Positions 1-10,412 of a stretch of DNA of 64,000 bases are shown here, piece by piece. The stretch comes from Octopus sinensis. Taxonomy: Eukaryota. Below the pieces are notes generated by a model. That model made no database searches. It saw nothing but the letters and a program-made list of their open reading frames with translations, and was not told the origin of the DNA. The translations under genes were made by a program, and so were the position numbers. The stretch covers positions 1-64,000 of the forward strand of contig NW_021833228.1 of NCBI RefSeq assembly GCF_006345805.1. Direction: 5' to 3'. Position 1 is the stretch's first letter. Every line of letters starts with the position of its first letter.

Positions 1-1516
1 CCGTTTTTCGGTCTGAGGCGACTATGAGCCGCCTCTACCAAACGGATGAGATGGAAGCGAGAAATTTCTCTGAAAATTCGTCGACATCTGAGGAGGAGTT
101 GGCGGTGAAAAAAATGGAAAGCACCTATGCAGGTATAACGAAGAAGTCAACAGAAAAAGAGATAGACCTGGCTAAGTTGACGGACTTCCAGGAGTTCATG
201 AAGGCGGAGGAGAACGGAGAGGTTGAGCTGTTGCCTCTAGCAGGGCGCGGAGACTGGTTCCATCGTAGAACCATTAAATATAAAGTATTTATGAATGGAG
301 GTAGAAAAATGGAAGTGATTAACATGGAAGCAATTGAAGAGGCTCTCAAACAGACAGGAGAAGAAATTGTGTACATGACAAAAGGATTAGAATATGGAAC
401 CATAACGGTACAATTTAAAAGTGAGAAAGCAGCCAGGAATGTAGCAGCCAAGGTGGTGAGTACAGAAAAGATTACTTGTCCCCCTCGTATTGAATAGAAG
501 GACCACCATAATTAGGGTGGAGGGAATACCTCCACACCTAGAGGGCGAATTAATAACGGCTGCGGTTATCAAAGGAAATGAAGATAAAGTGGACATCATC
601 CACGCCATTATGAAATATGAAGGCGTGAGAGGTGCCACACTAGAAATGAACATTCAGACGGAGGCGGAAGTTATAGAAAAGCTTACGGACAGTATAAAAA
701 CTGGAAATATTATTATGAGAGTGTGGGTGGAGGGTAGGGCGCCCAGGTGCTACAAGTGTGGCCTGAGGGGTCACATAAGAGCCTACTGCCCTCCCCCACC
801 AAAGGAAAAAGAAAAGGAAATCGTCGCGGAAGCCCTAAAAGAGGAAGAAACTAAAGGGAACCAAACGGAAAAAGAAACGACAGAAGAAGAGGAGATGCAA
901 CAAGAGTGGGAAGAAGGACGAAAAAAGAGAAAAAGAAAGAAAAAGAAAAACTGTGCGAAGCCCCAACCCACCCCAACACCACCCGCACCCTCTGAATCCC
1001 ACCCCTCCCCTGCAGACAGTGAACCCACCCGCTCCCCTCCAACAAGAAAACAAAAGAAAAATACAGACAGACAAGAGTTTGAAAACGAACCCAGGCCGAA
1101 CATTTATATTATGACTGAAGTCAAAAGTGTAATGGAGAAGTATGATTGGTATGAAATGGATGGGACCAGATATGCAGTGCTGGAAAAGAAGAATATAGAT
1201 GAGTTTGTGTTGAGGTGTGAAAGGGAGAATTGGGAGGTGAAAGATATAAGAATGAGCGATGAATTCGTGGAAAAAATGGAGGAGGGTTTCGGAGTAAGAA
1301 TAGATATGGATGGTCTTCGTATTGGGAATGAACATTCAGGTGACAGTGAAAACAAAAGGACAGGTAAGTGGTGCTAGCGGATGGGGCCGTTGGCACCGCT
1401 TTCATATATCATTTTCAAAATTCATTTTACTCATATCTATGTAATTGTGATGTTCTATGTCCCCAATGTTTGTAACGTCCCCTCTATGTAGCCCCTAGTG
1501 GGTAATAAAGAATCAA
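1..1516 (+). mobile_element. ORF1-only (HAL1-like) L1/Tx1-derived element, copy 1; 5' end cut by window edge
   Basis: Near-identical to the minus-strand copies at 7030-8717 and 8718-10412; ends in ...gcccctagtgggtAATAAAgaa, with no ORF2 between ORF1 stop and this 3' end. Confidence 0.8.
24..1377 (+). pseudogene. L1/Tx1-type ORF1 (Gag-like) protein: RRM-like regions, CCHC zinc knuckle, acidic/basic/Pro-rich tail; frameshifted near 470-490
   Basis: ORFs 24-497 and 490-1377 join into the protein of 7184-8542; knuckle CYKCGLRGHIRAYC; two single-T losses in T runs versus copy 2. Confidence 0.85.
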
Positions 1517-1740
1517 CATGGAGGAAAGCTATTCGAGTGTATAGTGAGTTATTATATTTTGCCTTGTGTATATTTTCTCCGTCATAATCTACTGTGTGTC
1601 TAACTGTCTTTCTGTATTGTTGTACAACTGTTGAAGTCAGCCTTCGTGCGAAGGCTTCGTGTTGGTATTCCCCCCTCCGTGGGGGAAAAACTATCATTAT
1701 CTTGGTTGTGCCAAGGGCTTGTTAAAGCCAGTTATCGGAG

Positions 1741-2730
1741 ATGGAATCCCCCATCTCATATTCACCTGTGACTAGTGATGCAGGATCACCGGCGGTGTCG
1801 CCAAAGAAAAAAGAGGCGGGGTCGCCAAAGAAAAAAGATATTCCAGCACCAGCGAAAAAATTTTCGGAAGTAGCTGGTAAGAAAATTAAAAAAATTAATG
1901 TCGAAAACCTAAAGAAACATGCGGACTGTGTGTCAAAAGAGGGCACGGAAGTAACCGTGGCTTCAAACGCCCAAAAACAGGAAGATATTACAAAAAGAAT
2001 AATAATTTATAAGACCTTCAATACAACAAGCAAATCGATACAAAAAATAGAGGAGAAAAAAATCGAAAATTGCTTAAAGCCGATAATGGATAAGATCACA
2101 TACATCAATCGAGGGAAGAAATACGGCACAGTGAAGGTGAGATTCACAACAGAGGAGGTAGCTAAAAAGCTATCCGTGGAACCAATAAAAGCGGAGAATA
2201 TTGTTCTCCTACCCCTGTATAGAGGCAAAAGAACATCAAAGATCACTATGAATAATATTCCGCCAGAAGCGGATGCCGAAGTTCTGGTGGCAGCAGTTAT
2301 GGTAGGCCTGGAGGAAAAAATAAACATCCTCCAGGCCACTGTAGAGGAGGAAGAATTCTGGAAAGGGCAGCGGATAATAATAGCCATCCAGGCAGAAATA
2401 CAAACCCTGGAGGAGATTCCAGAGACTCTAAAAATAAGCGAAGAAGATAGAGTCACAGTCTTCGTAGAGGGCAGAAAGCCGAGGTGCTTCGGCTGCGGTA
2501 AGAAAGGGCATGTAAGGGCAGAATGCCAACCCAAACCGCAGGAAGCAGCTCAGCCAAGTGGAAAAGCAGAAGAGGTGTCATCAGAAGCAGCGCTGGGCGG
2601 CCCAGGAGGGACGGCTGAAGGTGTGGAGGTGACAGAGGCAGCGGAACCAGCGGCGGAGGAAAAAAAGAGCGAGGAAACGAAAAATGAGGAGGGGTGGTCA
2701 AAAATCACTAGAAAAAAAAGAAAAAACTGA
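1741..2730 (+). CDS. Tx1-like ORF1 nucleic-acid-binding protein (329 aa; in-frame continuation 2731-3063 after one TGA)
   Basis: CFGCGKKGHVRAEC knuckle; YINRGKKYGTVKVRF and VFVEGRKPRC blocks align with the ORF1-only protein. Confidence 0.85.
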   Translation: MESPISYSPVTSDAGSPAVSPKKKEAGSPKKKDIPAPAKKFSEVAGKKIKKINVENLKKHADCVSKEGTEVTVASNAQKQEDITKRIIIYKTFNTTSKSIQKIEEKKIENCLKPIMDKITYINRGKKYGTVKVRFTTEEVAKKLSVEPIKAENIVLLPLYRGKRTSKITMNNIPPEADAEVLVAAVMVGLEEKINILQATVEEEEFWKGQRIIIAIQAEIQTLEEIPETLKISEEDRVTVFVEGRKPRCFGCGKKGHVRAECQPKPQEAAQPSGKAEEVSSEAALGGPGGTAEGVEVTEAAEPAAEEKKSEETKNEEGWSKITRKKRKN

Positions 2731-3066
2731 AACCACCCCTCCCAAGTAAACCAAAAGAAGAAAAGAGAGTCGTTGAACTCATTTATGGCCGTTAAGGCCA
2801 CGAACAATAGACTCGGTAATGTGTTGGCAGCGATGGCCAAAGTAGAAAAAATAGGGAGGAAAAATGACTATGCATTGTACAGAATAGGCCGGAAGGATTA
2901 CGGACGGATAAAGTCCGAATTTTTTCATGACGTAGGCCCGCTCAGAATGGATATAACATCTGCATATATATTCGAGGGCCTGCGTCAAACTCCCCCACGA
3001 GGCCCAGAAAAAGAGACAAACAAAGAAGAAAAAAAAAAAAACCGAACCACTGATATAAGGTAAGTA

Positions 3067-6000
3067 ATGGATTACATTTATGTTGGTTGTTTGAATGTGC
3101 GCGGCCTGGGAGCAGGCTGGAAGCAAGGTCGCTTCCTGCATGATATCAGGTCGCGTAATTTAGATGTTATTGTTGCTACAGAAACCCGGTTAGAGGGGCC
3201 AAGAGGTCTACTCCCGCTGTTTGACGGCTACGAGAGTTTTTTCTCTCCTGGCAGTCCTACAGGCGGGAGTGGGGTGTTGGTCCTATTAAAAAGAAACCGG
3301 GTTTCTGAGAAAAAGTTAATTTTTGCAGATCCAGAAGGTAGGCTGGTCGTCATGGATTTGACGTTCAGTAATGGTAAAGTTATCAGACTGGTTGCAATTT
3401 ACGCACCCAACCATACAGGGCAAAGTGATTATTTTCGTGAACTAGAAAACTTTCTTGGTACTTCGCATTCATTAGTGGTGCTAGGAGACTTTAACACAAT
3501 TTGCAAAGCGGATGTAGATTGTGTTGGCTCGCGTCCAGATAGAAAAGGCAACAGTGGCTTCATGGAACTGCTAAGCCGCTTTGAGCTAGCAGATCCTTAT
3601 AGGCTGGAATTTCCGAACGCTCCATTGTGGACATGGTCAAACAGCGACGGATCTTCCAGGTCATATTTAGATAGAATACTAATTAGAAAAGTAGACAGTA
3701 AAATAGCTAAGTGTCCACAGTTTTACCCGATCAGCTACAGTGATCATAAAATGGTCACTTGTAAGCTTGACATAGATAAGGTTAAAAATAGAGGATCCGG
3801 TTACTGGAAACTTAATAGTCCCTTTTGGCGATTAAGGAGTACAAAGACCGGATTAGGAATATAATTCAGAGGGCACTATCTGGTACCATCATTAATAACA
3901 AATGGTGGTACGCCCTCAAACGAGCCATCAAGTTTGAGTCTATTAGATATAGCATAGGAGTAGTGGCTAGAGAGGCTAGAAGGGAACTACTCTAGTTAAG
4001 GAATTAGAGGAAGCCATGAAAACTGGCTCTGCGGCTCAGGTGGCGTCCAAGAGACTGGTGTTAAACCAGCACCTCGAGGCCAAACACATGGGCTGCATTG
4101 TCAGGGCTAGAATCCGCCATATGGGATGTGAAGGAATCAACACCGTGAGATGGGCCCGAGTGGTGGAAGCTCAGCATGGTAACGATGCCACGATTCGATC
4201 TTTGACGAACCAACAAGGTGAGTTGATAAACGAACCCGAGGAGATGTGTGAGGCCTTTCAGGAGCACTTCGCTCAGCTTTTCGGTGAGTGCGGCGGACTG
4301 GATAGGAGGAGGGCCTTTACGGACCTACTCGACGGTCTGCCGCGCTTATCGGGGCGAGATGCGGAGGGCTGTGAAGGGCCAATCACGCCTGAGGAGGTGG
4401 TTGAGGCAATGGCGGACTGCGGCGCGGGCAAGGCGCCGGGTTTGTATGGTCTACCCTATGAGTTATATAAGAGTATGCCAGACTTGTTCGGGCACCTACT
4501 GGCGGAGGTCTATGCGAACTGGCAGCAGAACGGGCTTATACCCAGATCTGTGCGCCGGGGAGTAGTGACTCTCGTCAGAAAGGACCCGAGCAAGGGGGAG
4601 TGCATTGATAATTTCAGGCCCATCACTCTGCTAAACACAGAGTTGAAGATTTTGGCCAAAGTGTTATCGAAAAGATTGGCGCGTGTCGCGGATGGTCTGA
4701 TCGGAGAGGCACAGACATGTGCTGTTCCGGGCAGATCCATTCAGGATAATCTCCATCTAATGCGGTACACTATAGAGGGGTTTAATAGTGATTCTGGCAA
4801 GGGTGGGGCACTGGTCCATTTAGACCAATCTAAAGCTTTTGATAGGGTCGACCATCGTTACCTGGTATCTGCCCTGGCACAGTTCGGGCTGAGCCTTGGC
4901 TTCCTCAGGTGGATTATCCAAATTTATGATAACATCGACTCGGTAGTTCGGGTGAACGGCTTCTTGTCGAAGCCGTTCAAAATCAAACGCTCGGTTCGTC
5001 AAGGGTGTCCGCTCTCCCCGCTTTTGTACGTGATGGCTCTTGAGCCATTACTGCGAAAACTGAGCGGCATCCCGAGACAGCCAGGTAATGGAAAATCAGT
5101 GTCAGCGTACGCGGATGACATCACCATCATCGTAACCGAAATGGACCACCTATGTAAAGTAGGCAAGGCCATAGAGGTTTACGAGACGGTGACAGGAGCA
5201 AAAGTTAATCGCGAAAAGTCAGTCGGCTTGCAACTCGGCACCTGGAGAGGCAAGTCGATGCCTCCTGACAGCGTCGTGGGACGTTGGACGGAGGGTCCGA
5301 TTAAACTGCTAGGGGTCTGGTTCGGTCCAGACCTCCAAATAGAGAAGAATTGGGGCGAGGTAACGAGCAAGGTGGCTGCAGTAGCCAAGACCTGGTCTTG
5401 GCGGTGGCTATCCCTGAAAGGGAGGGCGGAGGTGGCCAATGTGTTTATCGCATCGGTTATCACCTACCGCCTTTCCGTCGTTCCTTGCCCTGATTCGTGG
5501 TTGATCAAGTTGGAAAGACAGCTCTTCTACTTCTTGTGGAAGGGCGGGAAACCACTTGTGAAACGCTCTACTTGCTGTCAACAACCGTTAAAGGGTGGGC
5601 TAGGGATGCCTTGGCTGATGATGCGCAGACATGCGCTGAGGTTAAGACATCTGTGGCTCTACCTGGATGGTGAAGGGTGTGGTCTTCGCTAGCAAAACTG
5701 ATGTTTCCCAAGTTCACTAGTTTCGGTGGATGGGAAACCTGGCTGAATCGTAGATCGAAACTTGGTACTTGGTACACGGAGTGTCGCAAGGCTCTCCTGC
5801 TATTCCGTCGCTCGGGCAACGCCTGCGGTGGGGGTTCCACCACATTCTTCTATAGAGGGTTGGTAGAGGCGGAATGTGAAGATACCTTGGGGGAAACCCT
5901 AGGTCTCGACGATAATCAGCTGGCCAGTCTGTTCCGACGTACGTTCAAGCCGAGGACACTGGACAACTTCCAGAAGTCTCTGGCATGGCAATGCTACAGA

Positions 6001-6450
6001 GGAGCTCTACCTGTTTGGGATAAACTCGCAAGGCCAAGACAGTCCGATATGTCCAAGATGCGGGCGGGATAGGGAAACCGTCCCGCACGCTATTGTTCAT
6101 TGTCCGGACGTGTCTGAGGTGTGGGTTTATGCCGAACAGCTGTTGTCAGGTACACGAAGAGTACAGCTGTCGACTGAGTCGATTACAAAAATTGACCCAC
6201 CGGATTTCCTCGTGAATGAAGGTAAGTTTCGTTTTCTCGTTGTAGTAGCAATTGCGAAGAGGTGATATGGAAGACGAGAATGAAAGGTGTACAGTCAGGC
6301 AAGTTCATCTCCGGCCCTGGTTTGATGAAGTATTTCATCTTTCACCTGAAAAGGAAGATAGGGCTGGAGAGAATATGCCTGACTAGGAGAGTGTATGAAG
6401 AACGATGGAAGGATGTAGCACGAAAGTTGCGAGTGAAAGATACAACATAA
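3067..6450 (+). pseudogene. Tx1-like ORF2: AP endonuclease + reverse transcriptase + CCHC, with several frameshifts
   Basis: APE motifs LNVRG, ATET, IYAP, GDFN, SYLD, SDH (3067-3864); RT motifs FRPITLLN, LDQSKAFD, QGCPLSP, YADD (4016-5692); CPRCGRDRETVPHAIVHC read in shifted frame near 6045-6105. Confidence 0.92.
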
Positions 6451-6697
6451 ATGTAATACCAAGCGCAACCAAAAGTATCAGTGGAGAGGCGGGGCTCGTG
6501 GGGTCCGAGCTAAACCCGCACCCACTCCACCCGTAATGTCTTCCGGTCTGTCCCATCATTCGATTTCTGTCCATTTATTGTAATTCATGAAAATTTTTAA
6601 ATTCGATTTATTGTAAAAACCCATTCGTGTGTCTGACCCCATCATCAGATTGTATTGTCCCATCTATGTTCGCCCCTTGTGTGTAATAATAAAACAA

Positions 6698-7029
6698 CGT
6701 GTCGGAAATCTATGCGTGTTGTTATCTGTTAGCCTGTCTCTTGTAATTTCGATCAATTGTATCTTGTCCTCCCTCTTGTATAGAAGTGTGGCTACAATCC
6801 AGCCTACCTCTACTTCTGGGAGGGGTGCATTTAAATTTTTTGCCGGGACGTCCTACGTCCCAGATATAAAGGTAAAAATAAAATATTTCCACTTTGCAAG
6901 TTTCGAGTCGAGTACTCCCTTGCACGCTCCGTTGACTCGAACCTTGCTTCTATTGTGGCGAATTTACCGCCTCTGATCAGATATATTTCATAGTCGCACC
7001 AAGATACTTTTCGAAGGTGCTTTCCTTCA
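6698..7029 (-). pseudogene. Remnant of a third, diverged L1/Tx1 ORF1 family
   Basis: YLIRGGKFATIEARF...ILFLPLYLGRRTS then (shifted frame) PEVEVGWIVATLL aligns with YINRGKKYGTVKVRF...VLLPLYRGKRTS...PEADAEVLVAAV. Confidence 0.65.
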
Positions 7030-8717
7030 TGTAATTTCTTTATTACCCACCAGGGGCTACGAAGAATGGCGGACATAACAAAACATGGGGGACATAGAAC
7101 AATATGATTAAATTTATGAGCAAATGAATATTAAAATGAAAATGATAATATGAAAGCGATGCTAACGGCCCCATCCGCCAGCATCACTTACCTGTCCTTT
7201 TGTTTTCACTGTCACCTGAATGTTCATTCCCAATACGAAGACCATCCATATCTATTCTTACTCCGAAACCCTCCTCCATTTTTTCCACGAATTCATCGCT
7301 CATTCTTATATCTTTCACCTCCCAATTCTCCCTTTCACACCTCAACACAAACTCATCTATATTCTTCTTTTCCAGCACTGCATATCTGGTCCCATCCATT
7401 TCATACCAATCATACTTCTCCATTACACTTTTGACTTCTTTCTGTTCAGTCATAATATAAATGTTCGGCCTGGGTTCGTTTTCAAACTCTTGTCTGTCTG
7501 TATTTTTCTTTTGTTTTCTTGTTGGAGGGGAGCGGGTGGGTTCACTGTCTGCAGGGGAGGGGTGGGATTCAGAGGGTGCGGGTGGTGTTGGGGTGGGTTG
7601 GGGCTTCGCACAGTTTTTCTTTTTCTTTCTTTTTCTCTTTTTTCTTCCTTCTTCCCACTCTTGTTGCATCTCCTCTTCTTCTGTCGTTTCTTTTTCCGTT
7701 TGGTTCTCTTTAGTTTCTTCCTCTTTTGGGGCTTCCGCGACGATTTCCTTTTCTTTTTCCTTTGGTGGGGGAGGGCAGTAGGCTCTTATGTGACCCCTCA
7801 GGCCACACTTGTAGCACCTGGACGCCCTACCCTCCACCCACACTCTCATAATAATATTTCCAGTTTTTATACTGTCCGTAAGCTTTTCTATAACTTCCGC
7901 CTCCGTCTGAATGTTCATTTCTAGTGTGGCACCTCTCACGCCTTCATATTTCATAATGGCGTGGATGATGTTCACTTTATCTTCATTTCCTTTGATAACA
8001 GCAGCCGTTATTAATTCGCCCTCTAGGTGTGGAGGTATTCCCTCCACCCTAATTATGGTGGTCCTTCTATTCAAATACGAGGGGGACAAGTAAATCTTTT
8101 CTGTACTCACCACCTTGGCTGCTACATTCCTGGCTGCTTTCTCACTTTTAAATTGTACCGTTATGGTTCCATATTCTAATCCTTTTGTCATGTACACAAT
8201 TTCTTCTCCTGTCTGTTTGAGAGCCTCTTCAATTGCTTCCATGTTAATCACTTCCATTTTTCTACCTCCATTCATAAATACTTTATATTTAATGGTTCTA
8301 CTATGGAACCAGTCTCCGCGCCCTGCTAGAGGCAACAGCTCAACCTCTTCGTTCTCCTCCGCCTTCATGAACTCCTGGAAGTCCGTCAACTTAGCCAGGT
8401 CTATCTCTTTTTCTGTTGACTTCTTCGTTATACCTGCATAGGTACTTTCCATTTTTTTCACCGCCAACTCCTCCTCAGATGTCGACGAATTTTCAGAGAA
8501 ATTTCTCCCCTCCATCTCATCCGTTTGGTAGAGGCGGCTCATAGTCGCCTCAGACCGAAAAACGGCCTCCCGAACAGAAAACGTGCGACGCACAGAACCA
8601 GTGCGACGCGACGTTCCAATTCCGCAACCACAATTCACTTTTTATTCTTTTTTCTTTTTTAACCGAATTTTACAGAGCGCAAAAAACGCGACCGTTCAAT
8701 CATCTTTTTCTCTACAT
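7030..8717 (-). mobile_element. ORF1-only (HAL1-like) element, copy 2 (~1.69 kb, complete)
   Basis: CpG-rich 5'UTR, intact ORF, ~150-nt 3'UTR ending gcccctggtgggtAATAAAgaaattaca. Confidence 0.85.
7184..8542 (-). CDS. Intact ORF1/Gag-like protein (452 aa from ATG MSRLY)
   Basis: Uninterrupted ORF; CX2CX4HX4C knuckle, RKKRKRKKKK basic patch, Pro-rich stretch, ~90-aa C-terminal domain. Confidence 0.88.
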   Translation of the reverse strand: MSRLYQTDEMEGRNFSENSSTSEEELAVKKMESTYAGITKKSTEKEIDLAKLTDFQEFMKAEENEEVELLPLAGRGDWFHSRTIKYKVFMNGGRKMEVINMEAIEEALKQTGEEIVYMTKGLEYGTITVQFKSEKAARNVAAKVVSTEKIYLSPSYLNRRTTIIRVEGIPPHLEGELITAAVIKGNEDKVNIIHAIMKYEGVRGATLEMNIQTEAEVIEKLTDSIKTGNIIMRVWVEGRASRCYKCGLRGHIRAYCPPPPKEKEKEIVAEAPKEEETKENQTEKETTEEEEMQQEWEEGRKKRKRKKKKNCAKPQPTPTPPAPSESHPSPADSEPTRSPPTRKQKKNTDRQEFENEPRPNIYIMTEQKEVKSVMEKYDWYEMDGTRYAVLEKKNIDEFVLRCERENWEVKDIRMSDEFVEKMEEGFGVRIDMDGLRIGNEHSGDSENKRTGK

Positions 8718-10412
8718 TGTAATTTCTTTATTACCCACCAGGGGCGACGAAGAGGGGACATAACAAAACATGGGGGATATAAAACAATATGATTAAAATT
8801 ATGAGCAAATGAATATTAAAATGAAAAAATGATGATATGAAAGCGATGCTAAAGGCCCCATCCGTTAGCATCACTTACCTGTCCTTTGGTTTTCGCCGTC
8901 ACTCCAATTTCCAATAATAAAACCGATATTCTCCATTCTCACTTCAAAACGATTCTCCATATTTTTCACGGATTCATCACTCAGACTCATCTCTTCCACC
9001 TCCCAATTCTCCCTTTCGCACCTTCTCATAAACTCATCTATTCTCTCTTTTTCAATCACTGCACACCTGGTCACACCTGAATCGCACCATGTATACCCTT
9101 CCATTACCCTTTTAACCTCTTTCTATACATGATACAAATGTTCGGCTTGGGTTCGCTTTCAGTCTCTTGTCTGTCTGTGTTAATTTTTTTTGTTTTCTTG
9201 TTGGAGGGGAGCGGGTGGGTTCACTGTATGCAGGGGAGGGGTGGGATTCAGAGGGTGTGGGTGGTGTTGGGGTGGGTTGGGGCTTCGCACAGTTTTTCTT
9301 TTTCTTTCTTTTTCTCTTTTTTCTTCCTTCTTCCCACTCTTGTTGCATCTCCTCTTCTTCTGTCGTTTCCTTTTCTGTTTGTTTCTCTTTAGTTTCTTCC
9401 TCTTTTGGGGCTTCCGCAACGATTTCCTTTTCTTTTTCCTTTGGTGGGGGAGGGCAGTAGGCTCTTATGTGACCCCTCTGGCCACACCTGTAGCACCTGG
9501 GTTCCCTACCCTCCACCCACACTCTCATAATAATATTTCCAGTTTTTATACTGTCCGTAAGCTTTTCTATAACTTCCGCCTCCGTCTGAATGTTCATTTC
9601 TAGTGTGGCACCTCTCACGCCTTCATATTTCATAATGGCGTGGATGATGTCCACTTTATCTTCATTTCCTTTGATAACCGCAGCCGTTATTAATTCGCCC
9701 TCTAGGTGTGGAGGTATTCCCTCCACCCTAATTATGGTGGTCCTTCTATTCAAATACGAGGGGGACAAGTAAATCTTTTCTGTACTCACCACCTTGGCTG
9801 CTACATTCCTGGCTGCTTTCTCACTTTTAAATTGTACCGTTATGGTTCCATATTCTAATCCTTTTGTCATGTACACAATTTCTTCTCCTGTCTGTTTGAG
9901 AGCCTCTTCAATTGCTTCCATGTTAATCACTTCCATTTTTCTACCTCCATTCATAAATACTTTATATTTAATGGTTCTACGATGGAACCAGTCTCCGCGC
10001 CCTGCTAGAGGCAACAGCTCAACCTCTTCGTTCTCCTCCGCCTTCATGAACTCCTGGAAGTCCGTCAACTTAGCCAGGTCTATCTCTTTTTCTGTTGACT
10101 TCTTCGTTATACCTGCGTAGGTGCTTTCCATTTTTTCCACCGCCCACTCCTCCTCAGATGTCGACGAATTTTCAGAGAAATTTCTCCCTTCCATCTCATC
10201 CGTTTGGTAGAGGCGGCTCATAGTCGCCTCAGACCGAAAAACGGCCTCCCGAACAGAAAACGTGCGACGCACAGAACCAGTGCGACGCGAAACCGCACCA
10301 ACCGACGTTCCAATTCCGCAACCACAATTCACTTTTTGTTCTTTTTTCTTTTTTAACCGAATTTTACAGAGCGCAAAAAAACGCGACCGTTCAATCATCT
10401 TTTTCTCTACAT
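8718..10412 (-). mobile_element. ORF1-only (HAL1-like) element, copy 3 (~1.70 kb), head-to-tail with copy 2
   Basis: Same 5' start (atgtagagaaaaagatg) as copy 2; its 3' end abuts the copy 2 5' end at 8718/8717. Confidence 0.85.
8871..10221 (-). pseudogene. ORF1/Gag-like protein of copy 3; frameshift near 9185 and diverged C-terminal domain
   Basis: ORFs 9112-10398 and 8871-9104; CYRCGQRGHIRAYC; ends ...QRTGK as in copy 2. Confidence 0.82.

Larger units (their letters stand above)
1620..6697 (+). mobile_element. Near full-length L1-group (Tx1-like) non-LTR retrotransposon
   Basis: ORF1 with zinc knuckle, then APE, RT and C-terminal CCHC, then 3'UTR ending in an A-rich tail (aataataaaacaa ~6685-6697); 5' boundary approximate. 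Confidence 0.9.

Noticed and set aside
835-10120. Antisense ORFs over the ORF1 genes (e.g. 7220-7924 +)
   Set aside because: Shadow ORFs from purine-rich coding strands; no motifs, and lengths differ between copies.
10222-10398. 59-codon N-terminal extension of ORF1 in copy 3 (MIERSRFF...)
   Set aside because: Depends on a homopolymer length; the same ATG hits a stop after 14 codons in copy 2.
1-10412. Telomere-associated (true HeT-A-like) role for the ORF1-only array
   Set aside because: No telomeric repeats or chromosome end in the window and copies face both directions; the analogy is structural only.
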